A stretch of 64,000 nt of DNA from Myxococcota bacterium (GTDB lineage Bacteria > Myxococcota_A > UBA9042 > PHBI01 > JAWLBL01), in the NCBI GenBank assembly GCA_041687695.1, contig JAWLBL010000015.1, forward strand, positions 67,627 to 131,626, written 5' to 3'. The notes below the pieces were generated by a model. The model did no database searches. It had not been told where the DNA came from and saw only the letters and a program-made list of their open reading frames with translations. This document shows positions 1 to 10,060 of this stretch, piece after piece (within the stretch, counting starts at the first letter, position 1; each line of letters starts with the position of its first letter). The translations under genes and the position numbers were made by a program.

Positions 1-2570
1 CCGCGCCGCCTTCGATGGCCTCTGGCCGCGACGACACCCCCAAGGCCATCGAGCGCCTCTGCCTCGATCTGCTCGCCAAGGACCCGTCCAAGCGCCCCTC
101 GACCGCCGCCGAGGTCACCACGCGCCTCGAGCCCTGGCTGGCCAAGGCCCCGCGCCCCATCACCTCGGCCGTCGTCCACCCCATCTCCGAGCCCGTCCGC
201 GCCGCCCGCCCGGCGCTCAAGGCGCCCTTCATCGGGCGCGTCGAGCTGCGCGCCCGGCTCGAGGGCCTGATGGATCGGTCCATCCTCGGCCGCGAGGGGT
301 GCCTGGTGGTGCTCGAGGGCCCCGGCGGCGTCGGCAAGTCGCGCCTGGCCGGCTGGCTCGAGGGCCACGCGATGCGTCAGGGCTGGCGCGTCGCGCGCGG
401 CCTGCACCAGGAGGCTTCGGGCGGGGCGCTGGGCGCCATCCGCGAGGCGCTGCAGGTCCTCGAGCGTCCGACCCGCGCCTCGAGCCTGACCATCCCCATC
501 ACGCCCCCCAACGGCGTGTCGGCCCCGGCCAGGGACGCCGCCCCCTCGCCCCACGATCTGGCCCCGCCTGCGCTCATCCAGCGCGTCGCCGAGTGCATGG
601 CCCAGGAGCCGACCCTCGTCGTGCTCGAGGATCTCCGCGGCCCCCGCCCCTTCGAGCCGGACGTGCTCGAGCACCTGGCCTTCGCGGTCGCCGAGTGCGA
701 GCGCCCGGCCATGGTGGTGCTGGCCGTTCGCTCCGACGCGGGTGGCGGCGCCGAGTCCGCCCACGACGCGGCGAAGCTGGTGACCGTCCTGCGCGACCGC
801 CAGCACCACATCCGCGTCGGGCCGCTGACGCCGGTCGAGATGGGCGCGCTGATCGAGGCCGCGCTGCCCGGCGCCGACCCCGAGCTGGTCGGACACGTCC
901 GCGATCACGCCGGCGGCAGCCCGCTGCACGCCCTGCAGCTGCTCCGCCACCTGGCCAGCGAGGGCGCGCTGCGGTTCCAGGACCGCGGCTGGCGCCTGGT
1001 GCGGCAGCCGACCATGCCCGCCGAGCTGCAGGCCCTGCTCCGCGAGCGCCTGAACCGCCTGCGCCTGTCGGGGCCCGAGGGCGAGGCCCAGCAGGCCCTG
1101 CTGACCCGCGCCGCCCTGCTGGGGCCCCGGCTGTCGGTGCGGTGGCTCGAGGGCCTGTTACAGCGCGAGGGGCGCTACGATCTGATCGAGGGGCTCGATC
1201 GGCGGCTGGACCGCCTGATCACCGACGGCTGGCTGCGGGATCTAGAGGTCTGGGACGACGACGTCCTGCAGTTCGACCACGGCTACGTCCACGAGGCGCT
1301 GGTCTCGATGATGGAGGGCCGACGGGCGGCGCGTGCGCTGCATCGCCACGCGGCCGAGGCGCTCGAGTTGGCCTTCGCGGGGCAGCCCGACGTGCACGCG
1401 CGGCCCATCGGCGAGCACTGGGCCGGCGGCGGCGAGGCGGCGCGCGCGCTGCCGTGGATGATCCGGGCCGCGCAGAGCGCCGAGGCCCGCTTCGTCCCGC
1501 GCGAGGCGCTCGAGGCGTGGCGGCGGGCCGAGAGCCTGCTGGACGCGGCCGGCGCTGGCGACGAGATCGCGGCCAGCGTCCGCCTGGGCATCGCGCGGCA
1601 GCAGCTGGGGCTGGGCCAGCACGACGAGGCCGAGGCGACGGCGCGGCTGCTGCGCGAGGACGACCCCGAGCGGCTCGAGCTGTTGGGAGATCTGGCCGAC
1701 GCGCGGGCCCGCGACGACGAAGCGCTGGAGCGGTTCACGCAGGCGGCCGAAGCGTGGCGGGCCGTCGGCGCGAGATCCAGGGCCGCCAGCGTCGACCTGA
1801 GACGCGGCCGCACGCTGTACAAGCGGTCCCGGGTGCCAGAGGCCGAGGCGCTGTACCGCCACGTGCTCGACGTGGCGATGGAGACCGGCGACAAGCGCCT
1901 CGAGGCCGACGCCTGCAACGCGCTGACCGAGCTCAACAACCGCCTGGAGCGGCGCGATGAGGCCATGGCCTTCATCGCCCGCGAGGAGCGCCTGCGCCGC
2001 GAGCAGGGCGACCCGGTGGCGCTCGGGCGCTGCCTGTACGTCAAGATGGGCCTGCACACCGCGAAGCACGAGACGGCGCTGGCCGCGCGCGACATGGCCG
2101 AGGCGCTCGAGCTGCTCACGCGCGCCGGTCACCGACGCGGTCTGGCCCACACCCTGCGCCTGGCGGGCGTGGTCGCCCTGGGCGAGGGGCGTCTCGACGA
2201 GGCGCTGACCATCGTGACGCGCGCGAAGGTCCTGTTCGAGCGCCTCGGCGACCGACGCGGCGAGCAGCGCGCGTTGGCCGAGACGGCCGACGTCTATGTG
2301 GCCATGAAGCGCTTCGACGTGGCGCTCGAATACGCCCAGGCCTGCCTCGAGCTCGCGGAGTCGCTCGGACCCTACGATCAGGTGAACGGGCTCATCACCG
2401 TGGGCGAGACGCTGCTGCACGCGGGGCGCGCCGAGGCTGCCATCGAGCCGCTGCAACGCGCCATTTCGCTGGGCCGCGACAACCATGTAGGGGCGCACGA
2501 TCTCTCGATCGCTCGCGCGGCGCTGGACAATGCCCTGCGCCTGCTGCCGCCGGTGGACGTCGAGGGCTGA
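1..2570 (+). CDS. Ser/Thr kinase-AAA ATPase-TPR protein, 5' end outside window
   Basis: Kinase C-terminal tail (LLAKDPSKRP), then FIGR, Walker A GPGGVGKS, Walker B VVLEDL, a GSPL motif and C-terminal TPR-like helices. The frame is open from the window edge. Confidence 0.85.
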   Translation, partial: APPSMASGRDDTPKAIERLCLDLLAKDPSKRPSTAAEVTTRLEPWLAKAPRPITSAVVHPISEPVRAARPALKAPFIGRVELRARLEGLMDRSILGREGCLVVLEGPGGVGKSRLAGWLEGHAMRQGWRVARGLHQEASGGALGAIREALQVLERPTRASSLTIPITPPNGVSAPARDAAPSPHDLAPPALIQRVAECMAQEPTLVVLEDLRGPRPFEPDVLEHLAFAVAECERPAMVVLAVRSDAGGGAESAHDAAKLVTVLRDRQHHIRVGPLTPVEMGALIEAALPGADPELVGHVRDHAGGSPLHALQLLRHLASEGALRFQDRGWRLVRQPTMPAELQALLRERLNRLRLSGPEGEAQQALLTRAALLGPRLSVRWLEGLLQREGRYDLIEGLDRRLDRLITDGWLRDLEVWDDDVLQFDHGYVHEALVSMMEGRRAARALHRHAAEALELAFAGQPDVHARPIGEHWAGGGEAARALPWMIRAAQSAEARFVPREALEAWRRAESLLDAAGAGDEIAASVRLGIARQQLGLGQHDEAEATARLLREDDPERLELLGDLADARARDDEALERFTQAAEAWRAVGARSRAASVDLRRGRTLYKRSRVPEAEALYRHVLDVAMETGDKRLEADACNALTELNNRLERRDEAMAFIAREERLRREQGDPVALGRCLYVKMGLHTAKHETALAARDMAEALELLTRAGHRRGLAHTLRLAGVVALGEGRLDEALTIVTRAKVLFERLGDRRGEQRALAETADVYVAMKRFDVALEYAQACLELAESLGPYDQVNGLITVGETLLHAGRAEAAIEPLQRAISLGRDNHVGAHDLSIARAALDNALRLLPPVDVEG

Positions 2571-2758
2571 AACCCCGGCCAATCTGGCCGATTTCGATCC
2601 GTCCTCGCGGGATCGTCGTCCTTTCACGCGGCCTCGAGCGCCGCGCGGGCCGCAGTGCGCGCAAAACCCCCTTGCGTCCGTCGACGCGCTGGTCCATGCT
2701 GAACGACGCTACCTCTCCAGGTAGCGTGGCTCAAGCTATTGGAAAGAGGGGAGAAACG

Positions 2759-3169
2759 ATGTCTCTGACATATCCGCACTCGTGTACCCTGGGGACCGGT
2801 GCGACCACGCTCACGTTCGCCGACGGGATGGTGCTGACCATCGCGTCGGGCACTTTCACGTCCAGCACCTCGGTGACCGTCGACAAGATCACCGCGCAGG
2901 CGCCGGCGGGCCAGGACTCGGTCTCGGTCTGTTACACGCTCGAGGACTCCAACGGCGACTCCGTCGCCATCGAGCGCGAGATCACCGTGGTGATCCCGAC
3001 CACCGAGGCCACCAGCGGCAGCGTCACCTACGACCTGTACTACAACCCGCAGGGGCACCACAGCCCCGAGGGCTGGCTGCCCACCGAGGACGGGCCCACT
3101 CGCGAGTCCACCTACCTGCTGGCCGGCGTGCTGCCGCACTGGGCCGACTTCGAGGCGACCAAGCGCTGA
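2759..3169 (+). CDS. Small beta-rich protein, possibly ZU5-like
   Basis: ATG 2759 after a purine-rich RBS, host-like codon usage, Thr/Ser/Val-rich strands ending in VLPHWADF (resembles the ZU5 HFS motif). Confidence 0.6.
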   Translation: MSLTYPHSCTLGTGATTLTFADGMVLTIASGTFTSSTSVTVDKITAQAPAGQDSVSVCYTLEDSNGDSVAIEREITVVIPTTEATSGSVTYDLYYNPQGHHSPEGWLPTEDGPTRESTYLLAGVLPHWADFEATKR

Positions 3170-3373
3170 CGCGCCGCAGCACACGCCACCCGGACGGCCC
3201 CGAGAGGGGACGGGGCTTTCCGGGTGCGCGTGTCCTTCGCATCGCCGCGCGCCCGGTCCCCCCGAGCGCGCGGCGATGCCGCGTCGCGAATTTCATGGTG
3301 GATGTGCCATGTGCCATGTGCCACCTTGGTGGCAATCCGTGAATTCCTGGCGAGGCGAGAAAGCCGCACAATG

Positions 3374-6300
3374 TCACGGCCGGGCCGTCGCGCGCAGGCG
3401 CAGGTTCGCGCTGTAGCCGTGCACCGACGGGTCGTAATAGGCGAAGGCGCGCGCGCCGTGTTGGGTGACGTCGCAGGCGGCCGTGGCCTCGAGGGCATAG
3501 TCCAGGGTCACCGTCTCGCCCGCGCCGAGCTGCGTCATATACAGCTGCAGCTCGCGGCCGTGGTCCTCGAAGCGGGCCAGACGGCCCTCCGCGACCAGCC
3601 GCTCGAGCGAGCGGGCGTCCACCTCGAAGCCGGGCGGCACCGGCACCACGGCGGTCGGCATCGCCAGCACCGCGCTGCCCGGGTGGGTCAGGCGCAGCCG
3701 CATCGGCACCTGGCCGCCGACCTGCGTCTGGGGTGAGTCGGTCGTCAGCGAGACCGCGAGCCCGCTCTCGACCGCCTCGGCCTGCTCGGCGCCGCGCCAC
3801 CTCGCGCGCAGCTCGACCCTCAGGCGCCCCGGGACCTCGGTCGACACGCGCAGCGCGTGCTCGCCGGGTGACAGACCGCCGGGCAGCTTCAGCGTCGGCA
3901 CGCCGTCCCCCGCCAGGTCCAGCGACGCCGGCGCCCGGCCGTCCAGGGCCACCTCGACCAGCCCCTCCTCGGCCGGCGCGGCCCCCTCGGCGTGTGCTGC
4001 CAGCGCGCGCAGCGACTGAACGGTCGCCTGGGTCGTGCCCCAGCCGCCGCGCGGATCCCGGGCCGCCCACAGCCACTCCAGCATCGCCTCCGCCGGCAGG
4101 GCGTCGCCCAGCGTCGCTGCCAGCGCCGTCACCTCGACGTCCGCCGCCCGCCCGCCCCCGTACAGCAGCGTCGGCGCCTGCATCGCGACGAAGCGCGCGT
4201 CCCCCTCGGTCTTCAGGTGCGCCGTCACCAGGCGCGTCGCCGCCGCCGAGGGGCGCCCCGCCAGCCGCGCGGCCGCCGCCCACAGCGCCGCCACGTACGG
4301 GCCGTCGACGCTCGCCGCGTTGCGCTGCAAGAAGGCCAGCGCCTTGCCCAGCGCAGGGTCCTCCGGCGCGGCCTGCGCCAGCGCCCAGGCGATCCACGCC
4401 GTCGTCGCGACCGTCCCCTGCTGCGCGCTCCAGTCGTGCAGCCACTTCGGGTCGGGCTCCCACGACCCGTCCGGCCGCTGCAGCCCCACCAGCCACTGCC
4501 GCGTGCGCTCGATGACCGCCGGGTCGACCGGGTAGACCCGCGCCATGTCGCTGAACTGCGCCAGCCCATAGGCGGTCAACACCCGGTTGGCCGGCGCGTC
4601 GCCGAACCACGAGAACCCGCCGCCCTTCACCTCGTAGCGCAGCAGCCGCTGGTAGCCCTTGGCGACCAGCTCCCGCGCCCGCGCCCGCGCCGCGTCGCGC
4701 CCCCGCCGCCCCTCGAGCAGCCGCAGCACCAGCAGGTTGGGGTAGGTCGTCGTGCTGGTCTGCTCGAAGCACCCGGTCGGCTCCCGCAGCAGGTCCTCCA
4801 GCCCGTCCAGCGCCTGGTCGCTGGCGTCCCGGAACACCCGCACGCGCCCGTCCAGGCTCTCGGGCGACAGCGTCGCCGGCAGCGTGAACGGCAGCACCAG
4901 CCGCCCCCCCGCGCCCGCGCTCACCCGCCCGGTCGCCACCAGGAACTCCGGCCGCCCCGGCGGGTCCACGACCACCGGCCGCCGCATCGCGTCCACCTCG
5001 CCGCCCTCGTCCGACAGCCGCAGCGTCAGGCTCGCCTCGCCGGCCGCCTCGGCCACCAGCGGCACCGGCACCGCCGCCGTCGCCCCGTCCGGCACCACCA
5101 CGCTCTGCAGCCCGCCCCCGTCCAGCCGCACCGCCCCCGCGGCCGCCGCCTCGACCGTCAGCCGCCGCTCGGCCCCCGAGTGGTTCGCCACCACCGCCTG
5201 AACCGTGAACCGGTCGCCCACCGTCAGCCGCTCGGGCAGCGCCGCGTCCACCGCCATCGGCAGGAACGTCTCGAGGCGCCCCTTGGCGTGCCCGACCGCC
5301 CCCCGCGGCGACAGCGCCTCGACCGCCACCTCCCAGCCCGTGACGCTGTCGGCCAGCGGCACCTGCAGCGTCGCCCGCCCCTGTCCGTCCGTCCGCGTCC
5401 CCACGCTCCACAGCACCGTCTCGTCGAACCGCTCGCGCAGCGGAGCGGTCAGCGCCCCCATCATGGCCCCGCGCGCGATGGACCCCACCTTGTTGAAGGC
5501 CAGCGAGCCGTTGCGTCCCGCCAGCGTCCCCACGCCGGCGGCCCCATAGGCGGCCATGAGCCAGCCACGGCCGCTGCCCGGCGTCATCACCTCGGGCAGA
5601 ACCAGGTCGTCGCCCGTGCCCACCCGGCCGTCCGGCCCCGGCGCGACCAGGCTCAGGCCCTCGCCCCGCGCCTTGACCAGCGCCACGCGCCCGCCCCACG
5701 CGTCGAGCCGCAGCGCCTCCGGCAGCCCGCTCACGGCGTCCAGCCCCCGCGCCACCAGCGCCGCCCGGTCCACGCCCTGCGCCTCCGCCAGCCGCTCGAC
5801 CTCACTCTCCAACCGCTCCAGCCGCTCCCAGCTGATCCCCGACGCGGCCGCCGCCGCCGTGATCTCCCCGCCCGCCGCCTCGACGTCGCCCCACGTCAGC
5901 GCCGCCCCGAACGGCCCGCGCCGCCGCTCCTCCTCGACCCCGCCCCGCGCCAGCGCCTCGGCGACCGTCACCGCGGGCACCCACCGCGCCCCCTCCCGCC
6001 GCACCAGCGCGCCCGGGCTGGCGCGCAGCCCCTCGACCAGCGCCTCGGCCAGCTCGCCCACCTGCCGCGCCACCTGCGCGCGCCGCGCCTCGGCGGGCGC
6101 CATCACCACCGGGTCTCCGGCCGCCCCCAGCACGGCGTCCAGGATGCCCCGCAGCAGCGCTCGCGCCCCCGCCCGCCCGGCCTCGGGCAGGTAGTCCCGG
6201 AAGGTCAGCCCCGCCGCCGTCGCCGCCTCCAGCCCGCCGAAGCGCACCGCCTCGGCCAGCGGCTGACGCGGCGGCCCCAGGGTCAGCACCCGCTCGTCGA

Positions 6301-8374
6301 CCACCGCCGCCGCCAGCCCGACCCCCGCCGCCGGCCGCCCCGCCGCGTCGGCGACAAGCACCTGGACCTCGGCGTCGTCGCCCGGCCGGTGCCGCGTGGC
6401 GGCCTCGACCCGCACGTCCAGCGCAGCCGGCGCCAGATACACCGCCGTCTGCTCATCCTCGACAACGACGCCGTCCCCGTCCCAGCCCGCCTCCGTCACC
6501 CGCACGCTGGCCAGCCCGAACACCCCCTCGGGCGCCCGCAGCCTCGCCCGCGCCCGCCCGTCCGCGCCCACCTCGGCCGTCGCCGTGGCCAGCGCCGCCC
6601 CCTCGCGCACCAGGGTCACCACCAACGGCCGCCGCGTCGCCGTCCACGCCGCCTCGACCTCGATGGGCGCCCCGGCAGCCACCACCGGCGTGCCTACCCG
6701 CACCCCGCGCGCCGGCCCCGGCGTCACCTCGACCTCCAACGTGGCCTCGGCCACCTCGCCCGCGGCCCTCGCCGTAGCCTTCAACGTCTGCGGCGGCGGC
6801 CCCTCGTCGTCGTCCGCCTCGGTCGCCCCGACCGTCAGGTTCAGCTCCAGCCGCCCGCCGTCGCGGGCCCCGCCGGGCAGGCGCAGCGTCCCCAACGCCT
6901 TCTGCACGCACGTCCGCTCGGCCGCCTCGACGTCGACCGCCAGGTCCGGCAAGCCGGGATCCTGCCTCGCGACGCGCAGCACCCGCGGCCGCCCCCGCTC
7001 CGAGGTCACCGTGACCTGCGCCCAGGCATCGAACGGCTCGGTCCGCGACCCCACCAGGCACCCGGCCACCCGCGGCAGGCGCGCCTCGAGCGCCTCCAAC
7101 AGCCGCTCGAAGTCGCGCTCCTCCCACTCCGTCCCCCGCGTCTCCACGCGGTGCAGCGCCGCCCACGGCTCGAGCCGTCGCGCCCAGGCCGGCGGCTCGA
7201 TCTCGGCCACCAGCACCCCCTCGGGCGCCGCCCCCCGCGCCACCACGCGCCCGTCCACCCGCAGCCGCACGTCCGCCGCGACCAGCGCGCCCTCGTCGTC
7301 GGTCGCCACCACGGTCACCCGCTGCTTCATCCCCGCCCGCAGCGGCTCGCGCTCGGGCAGCACCGCCAGGTTCAGCCCCCGGCCTCCCAGCCGCGCCGTC
7401 GCCGACCCGTGCCGCGTGCGCTCGGCCCCGTCGGTCACCGACGCCAGCACCCGCAAGGTCCCGCGCCGCCCCTTCAGCCCCGGCAGCGTGAACTCGAACC
7501 GCCCGTGCGCGTCCAGCGCGCCCGCCGGCGTCGGCACCGGCGCCCCGTCGACGGTCGCGATCACCCGCACCGCCCCGCGCACCGGCTCGCCGTACGGGTA
7601 GCGCGCCGTGACCCGCCCGCCGGTCGCGTCCGCGCTGACCTCGACCGTGAAGGGCGGCAGTTCGAAGGCCCGCACGTCGACCGAGGCCTGGGCCCGCGTG
7701 TCTCCCAGCCGCGCCTCCAGCCGATAGGTCCCCAGCAGCAGGTCGTCGGCCAGCGGCAGCTCGCCCGCCACGAACCCGCTCGCGTCGGTGCTCGCCGCGC
7801 CCTGCCAGATCCGCGTCCCCCTCGGATCGGTCACCCGCACCTCGACCGCCGCCCCGTCCAGCGGCCGCGCGTCGACCCCGCCCAGCGCCGCGACCCGCCA
7901 CCGCACCGTCTGCCCGCCCCGGTACACCGCCCGGTCGGTCGTCAGCTGCAGCAGCGTCCGCGTGACCACCTCGACCGGCCACTCGGTCCGGTGTTCGGCC
8001 TGCTCGCTGCGCGCGATCAGCTCGAGCTGATGGCGCCCGTCGGCGACCGTCACCGGCGCCAGCGTCACCTCGAGCGACCCGTCGGCCCCGGTCCGCCCCT
8101 CGAACAGCACCTGGCCCGCCCCCTGCGCGCCCTCGCGCGGCGCCAAGGTCACCAGCACGTCCGCCGCCGTGCCCTCGCGCCGGGTCAGCGACCAGGCGTG
8201 GGACGTCCGCAAGGCCAGGACCCCCGGCACGCCGCGCACCAGGGTCGCGTCGGCGGTCAGCTCGACGTCCAGCAGCGGCGCGCGCGACGGCGCCTGCTGG
8301 GCCTGGGCGGTAGGGACGGGCAGGGCGGTCAGCGCGGCGAGCGCGGCGACGGTGAGCCGGGTGAGCCAGGGCAT
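3374..8374 (-). CDS. Alpha-2-macroglobulin family thioester protein
   Basis: Signal peptide MPWLTRLTVAALAAL, MG2 motif TDRAVYRGGQTV, RERFDETVLW after a bait-like region, DSVTGW, thioester PTGCFEQ, GGFSWFG, GGWGTTQAT, C-terminal AYYDP. Confidence 0.92.
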   Translation of the reverse strand: MPWLTRLTVAALAALTALPVPTAQAQQAPSRAPLLDVELTADATLVRGVPGVLALRTSHAWSLTRREGTAADVLVTLAPREGAQGAGQVLFEGRTGADGSLEVTLAPVTVADGRHQLELIARSEQAEHRTEWPVEVVTRTLLQLTTDRAVYRGGQTVRWRVAALGGVDARPLDGAAVEVRVTDPRGTRIWQGAASTDASGFVAGELPLADDLLLGTYRLEARLGDTRAQASVDVRAFELPPFTVEVSADATGGRVTARYPYGEPVRGAVRVIATVDGAPVPTPAGALDAHGRFEFTLPGLKGRRGTLRVLASVTDGAERTRHGSATARLGGRGLNLAVLPEREPLRAGMKQRVTVVATDDEGALVAADVRLRVDGRVVARGAAPEGVLVAEIEPPAWARRLEPWAALHRVETRGTEWEERDFERLLEALEARLPRVAGCLVGSRTEPFDAWAQVTVTSERGRPRVLRVARQDPGLPDLAVDVEAAERTCVQKALGTLRLPGGARDGGRLELNLTVGATEADDDEGPPPQTLKATARAAGEVAEATLEVEVTPGPARGVRVGTPVVAAGAPIEVEAAWTATRRPLVVTLVREGAALATATAEVGADGRARARLRAPEGVFGLASVRVTEAGWDGDGVVVEDEQTAVYLAPAALDVRVEAATRHRPGDDAEVQVLVADAAGRPAAGVGLAAAVVDERVLTLGPPRQPLAEAVRFGGLEAATAAGLTFRDYLPEAGRAGARALLRGILDAVLGAAGDPVVMAPAEARRAQVARQVGELAEALVEGLRASPGALVRREGARWVPAVTVAEALARGGVEEERRRGPFGAALTWGDVEAAGGEITAAAAASGISWERLERLESEVERLAEAQGVDRAALVARGLDAVSGLPEALRLDAWGGRVALVKARGEGLSLVAPGPDGRVGTGDDLVLPEVMTPGSGRGWLMAAYGAAGVGTLAGRNGSLAFNKVGSIARGAMMGALTAPLRERFDETVLWSVGTRTDGQGRATLQVPLADSVTGWEVAVEALSPRGAVGHAKGRLETFLPMAVDAALPERLTVGDRFTVQAVVANHSGAERRLTVEAAAAGAVRLDGGGLQSVVVPDGATAAVPVPLVAEAAGEASLTLRLSDEGGEVDAMRRPVVVDPPGRPEFLVATGRVSAGAGGRLVLPFTLPATLSPESLDGRVRVFRDASDQALDGLEDLLREPTGCFEQTSTTTYPNLLVLRLLEGRRGRDAARARARELVAKGYQRLLRYEVKGGGFSWFGDAPANRVLTAYGLAQFSDMARVYPVDPAVIERTRQWLVGLQRPDGSWEPDPKWLHDWSAQQGTVATTAWIAWALAQAAPEDPALGKALAFLQRNAASVDGPYVAALWAAAARLAGRPSAAATRLVTAHLKTEGDARFVAMQAPTLLYGGGRAADVEVTALAATLGDALPAEAMLEWLWAARDPRGGWGTTQATVQSLRALAAHAEGAAPAEEGLVEVALDGRAPASLDLAGDGVPTLKLPGGLSPGEHALRVSTEVPGRLRVELRARWRGAEQAEAVESGLAVSLTTDSPQTQVGGQVPMRLRLTHPGSAVLAMPTAVVPVPPGFEVDARSLERLVAEGRLARFEDHGRELQLYMTQLGAGETVTLDYALEATAACDVTQHGARAFAYYDPSVHGYSANLRLRATARP

Positions 8375-8607
8375 GGGTTCCTCCGAGCGGCGGGCAACGG
8401 CCGTTCGACCGCGTCCCCGCTGGAAAGTTCCCGCCTCCGCCCCGCGACGGCGCCGACGGTGCCCTCCCCCCCTCCCCATGACCCGCCCGAACGGGCACAC
8501 TGCCGGCCGTGCCACTTTTTTCGACGAGACGCCGCGAGGTCGCGAATGGACCCCGTCGAGCCCCTCCGCCCACGCCACGGGCCGGCGCGGACGGGGCGAG
8601 CGGGACC

Positions 8608-9183
8608 ATGGACGACCTGTTGCGTGACGACGCCGCGGCCCGCGAGGCCTTCCGGCGCGGAGAGAGGTGGGCGATGGAGGCGGTCTACCGGAGCTATCTG
8701 CCGCTGGTCCGGGCCGTGGTGGGCCAGGGCTTCGGCGGGTTCCGGGGCTTCGCCAGCCCGGCCGACCGCGACGACGCGGCCCAGGCCATCTTCGCCGCCG
8801 CCTTCGAGGAGCGCGCCCGGCTCGCCTACGACGGGCTGTCGCCCTACGGCGGCTTCCTGCGCGGCATCGCCCACAACGTGGTGCGCCAGATCCTCAGCAA
8901 GAACCAGCGCTTCTCCCGCCAGCCCGACGCCCCGCACGCCGAGCCGCCCTGCGTCGAGGCCAGCTTCCTCGCCGGCGAGCGCGCCCGCGTCCTGGCCGCC
9001 TTCCGCGCCCAGTGCACCGACGCCGAGCGCGAGGTGCTGACCCGCTACTTCGCCGAAGGCTGGAGCGAGGAGCGCCTGGCCGAGCACCTGGGCCAGACCC
9101 GCTACCGCACCCGCAAGACCATCGCCCAGCTGCACAAGCGCATGGAGCGCCACCTGAGGGACCATGGCTTCGGTCGGGCATAG
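8608..9183 (+). CDS. ECF sigma-70 factor
   Basis: sigma2-like region (AFRRGE..AMEAVYRSY, DAAQAIF, FLRGIAHN) and sigma4 HTH. Overlaps a zinc anti-sigma gene. Confidence 0.8.
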   Translation: MDDLLRDDAAAREAFRRGERWAMEAVYRSYLPLVRAVVGQGFGGFRGFASPADRDDAAQAIFAAAFEERARLAYDGLSPYGGFLRGIAHNVVRQILSKNQRFSRQPDAPHAEPPCVEASFLAGERARVLAAFRAQCTDAEREVLTRYFAEGWSEERLAEHLGQTRYRTRKTIAQLHKRMERHLRDHGFGRA

Positions 9184-10060
9184 CCGCGCGCGGGCCCTGA
9201 CCGCCCGCTACCTGGACCCGCGCCGCCCCTGGACGGGCGCCGACGCCGCCGCCCTGCGCGCGCACCTGGCCGCCTGCGACCCCTGCCGCGCCGCCTACGA
9301 CGAGGCCGTCTGCGCCCACCGCGCCCTGGTCGGCGGCGACCCGGCCGTCCCCAGCGGCTTCGAGGCCCGCCGCCAGCTGGACGCCCTGCTCGGCCCCGCC
9401 CCGGACGCCGCCCCGCCCCTGCTGTGGCGCTGGCTGCGCCCCGGCGCCTACGCCCTGACCGCGGCCCTGGTCGCCCTGGCCGTCCCCTTCGGCCCCTGGT
9501 GGCCCGCCGAGCCCCCGCCCCAGCCCCGCGGCGCCGCCTCGGCCGCCCCGGTCGCCGGCCTGGGCGTCTCGGGCGTCGACCAGCACGGCCGCGAGTACGA
9601 GGTCCTGGCCTCCGCCGGCGCCCACCGCGGCGACTGGCTGCGCTTCTCCTACTCCATCGACGCCGCCGCCCCGGCCGCCCCGACCCACCTGTTCGTCTTC
9701 GGCCTGCAGCCCGGCGCCCCGCCCCTGTGGTACGCCCCCATGCCCCCCGACGAGGCCGCCAGCCTGCCGGTCGCCCCCGGCCGCTTCGTCGCGCTGCCCT
9801 TCGAGAGCCGCCTGTCGCCGCGCCACGCGGACGGCCCGCTCACCGTGGTCGCGCTCTTCACGCGCCGCCCCCTGACCCTCGACCAGGTCGCCGCCGCGCT
9901 TCCCGACCCGGCCCCCGCGCTCGGCGCCGCGCCCCCGGCGGCCGTCGCCGCCCTGCTGCGCCACGGGCTCGACCTGGGCCCGGACGCCGTCGTCCAGCTC
10001 CTGCCCACGCGCGTGCTGCCGCCCTCGACCTCCCCCGACGCCTCTGAGGTCGCTCCATGA
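9164..10060 (+). CDS. Zinc-binding (ZAS/zf-HC2) transmembrane anti-sigma factor
   Basis: HLAACDPC (HxxxCxxC), one TM helix, extracytoplasmic beta domain (DUF4384-like). Confidence 0.8.
   Translation: MASVGHSRARALTARYLDPRRPWTGADAAALRAHLAACDPCRAAYDEAVCAHRALVGGDPAVPSGFEARRQLDALLGPAPDAAPPLLWRWLRPGAYALTAALVALAVPFGPWWPAEPPPQPRGAASAAPVAGLGVSGVDQHGREYEVLASAGAHRGDWLRFSYSIDAAAPAAPTHLFVFGLQPGAPPLWYAPMPPDEAASLPVAPGRFVALPFESRLSPRHADGPLTVVALFTRRPLTLDQVAAALPDPAPALGAAPPAAVAALLRHGLDLGPDAVVQLLPTRVLPPSTSPDASEVAP

Noticed and set aside
3992..9040. 1682-aa plus-strand ORF
   Set aside because: Antisense shadow of the macroglobulin gene, Arg/Pro-rich, no motifs.
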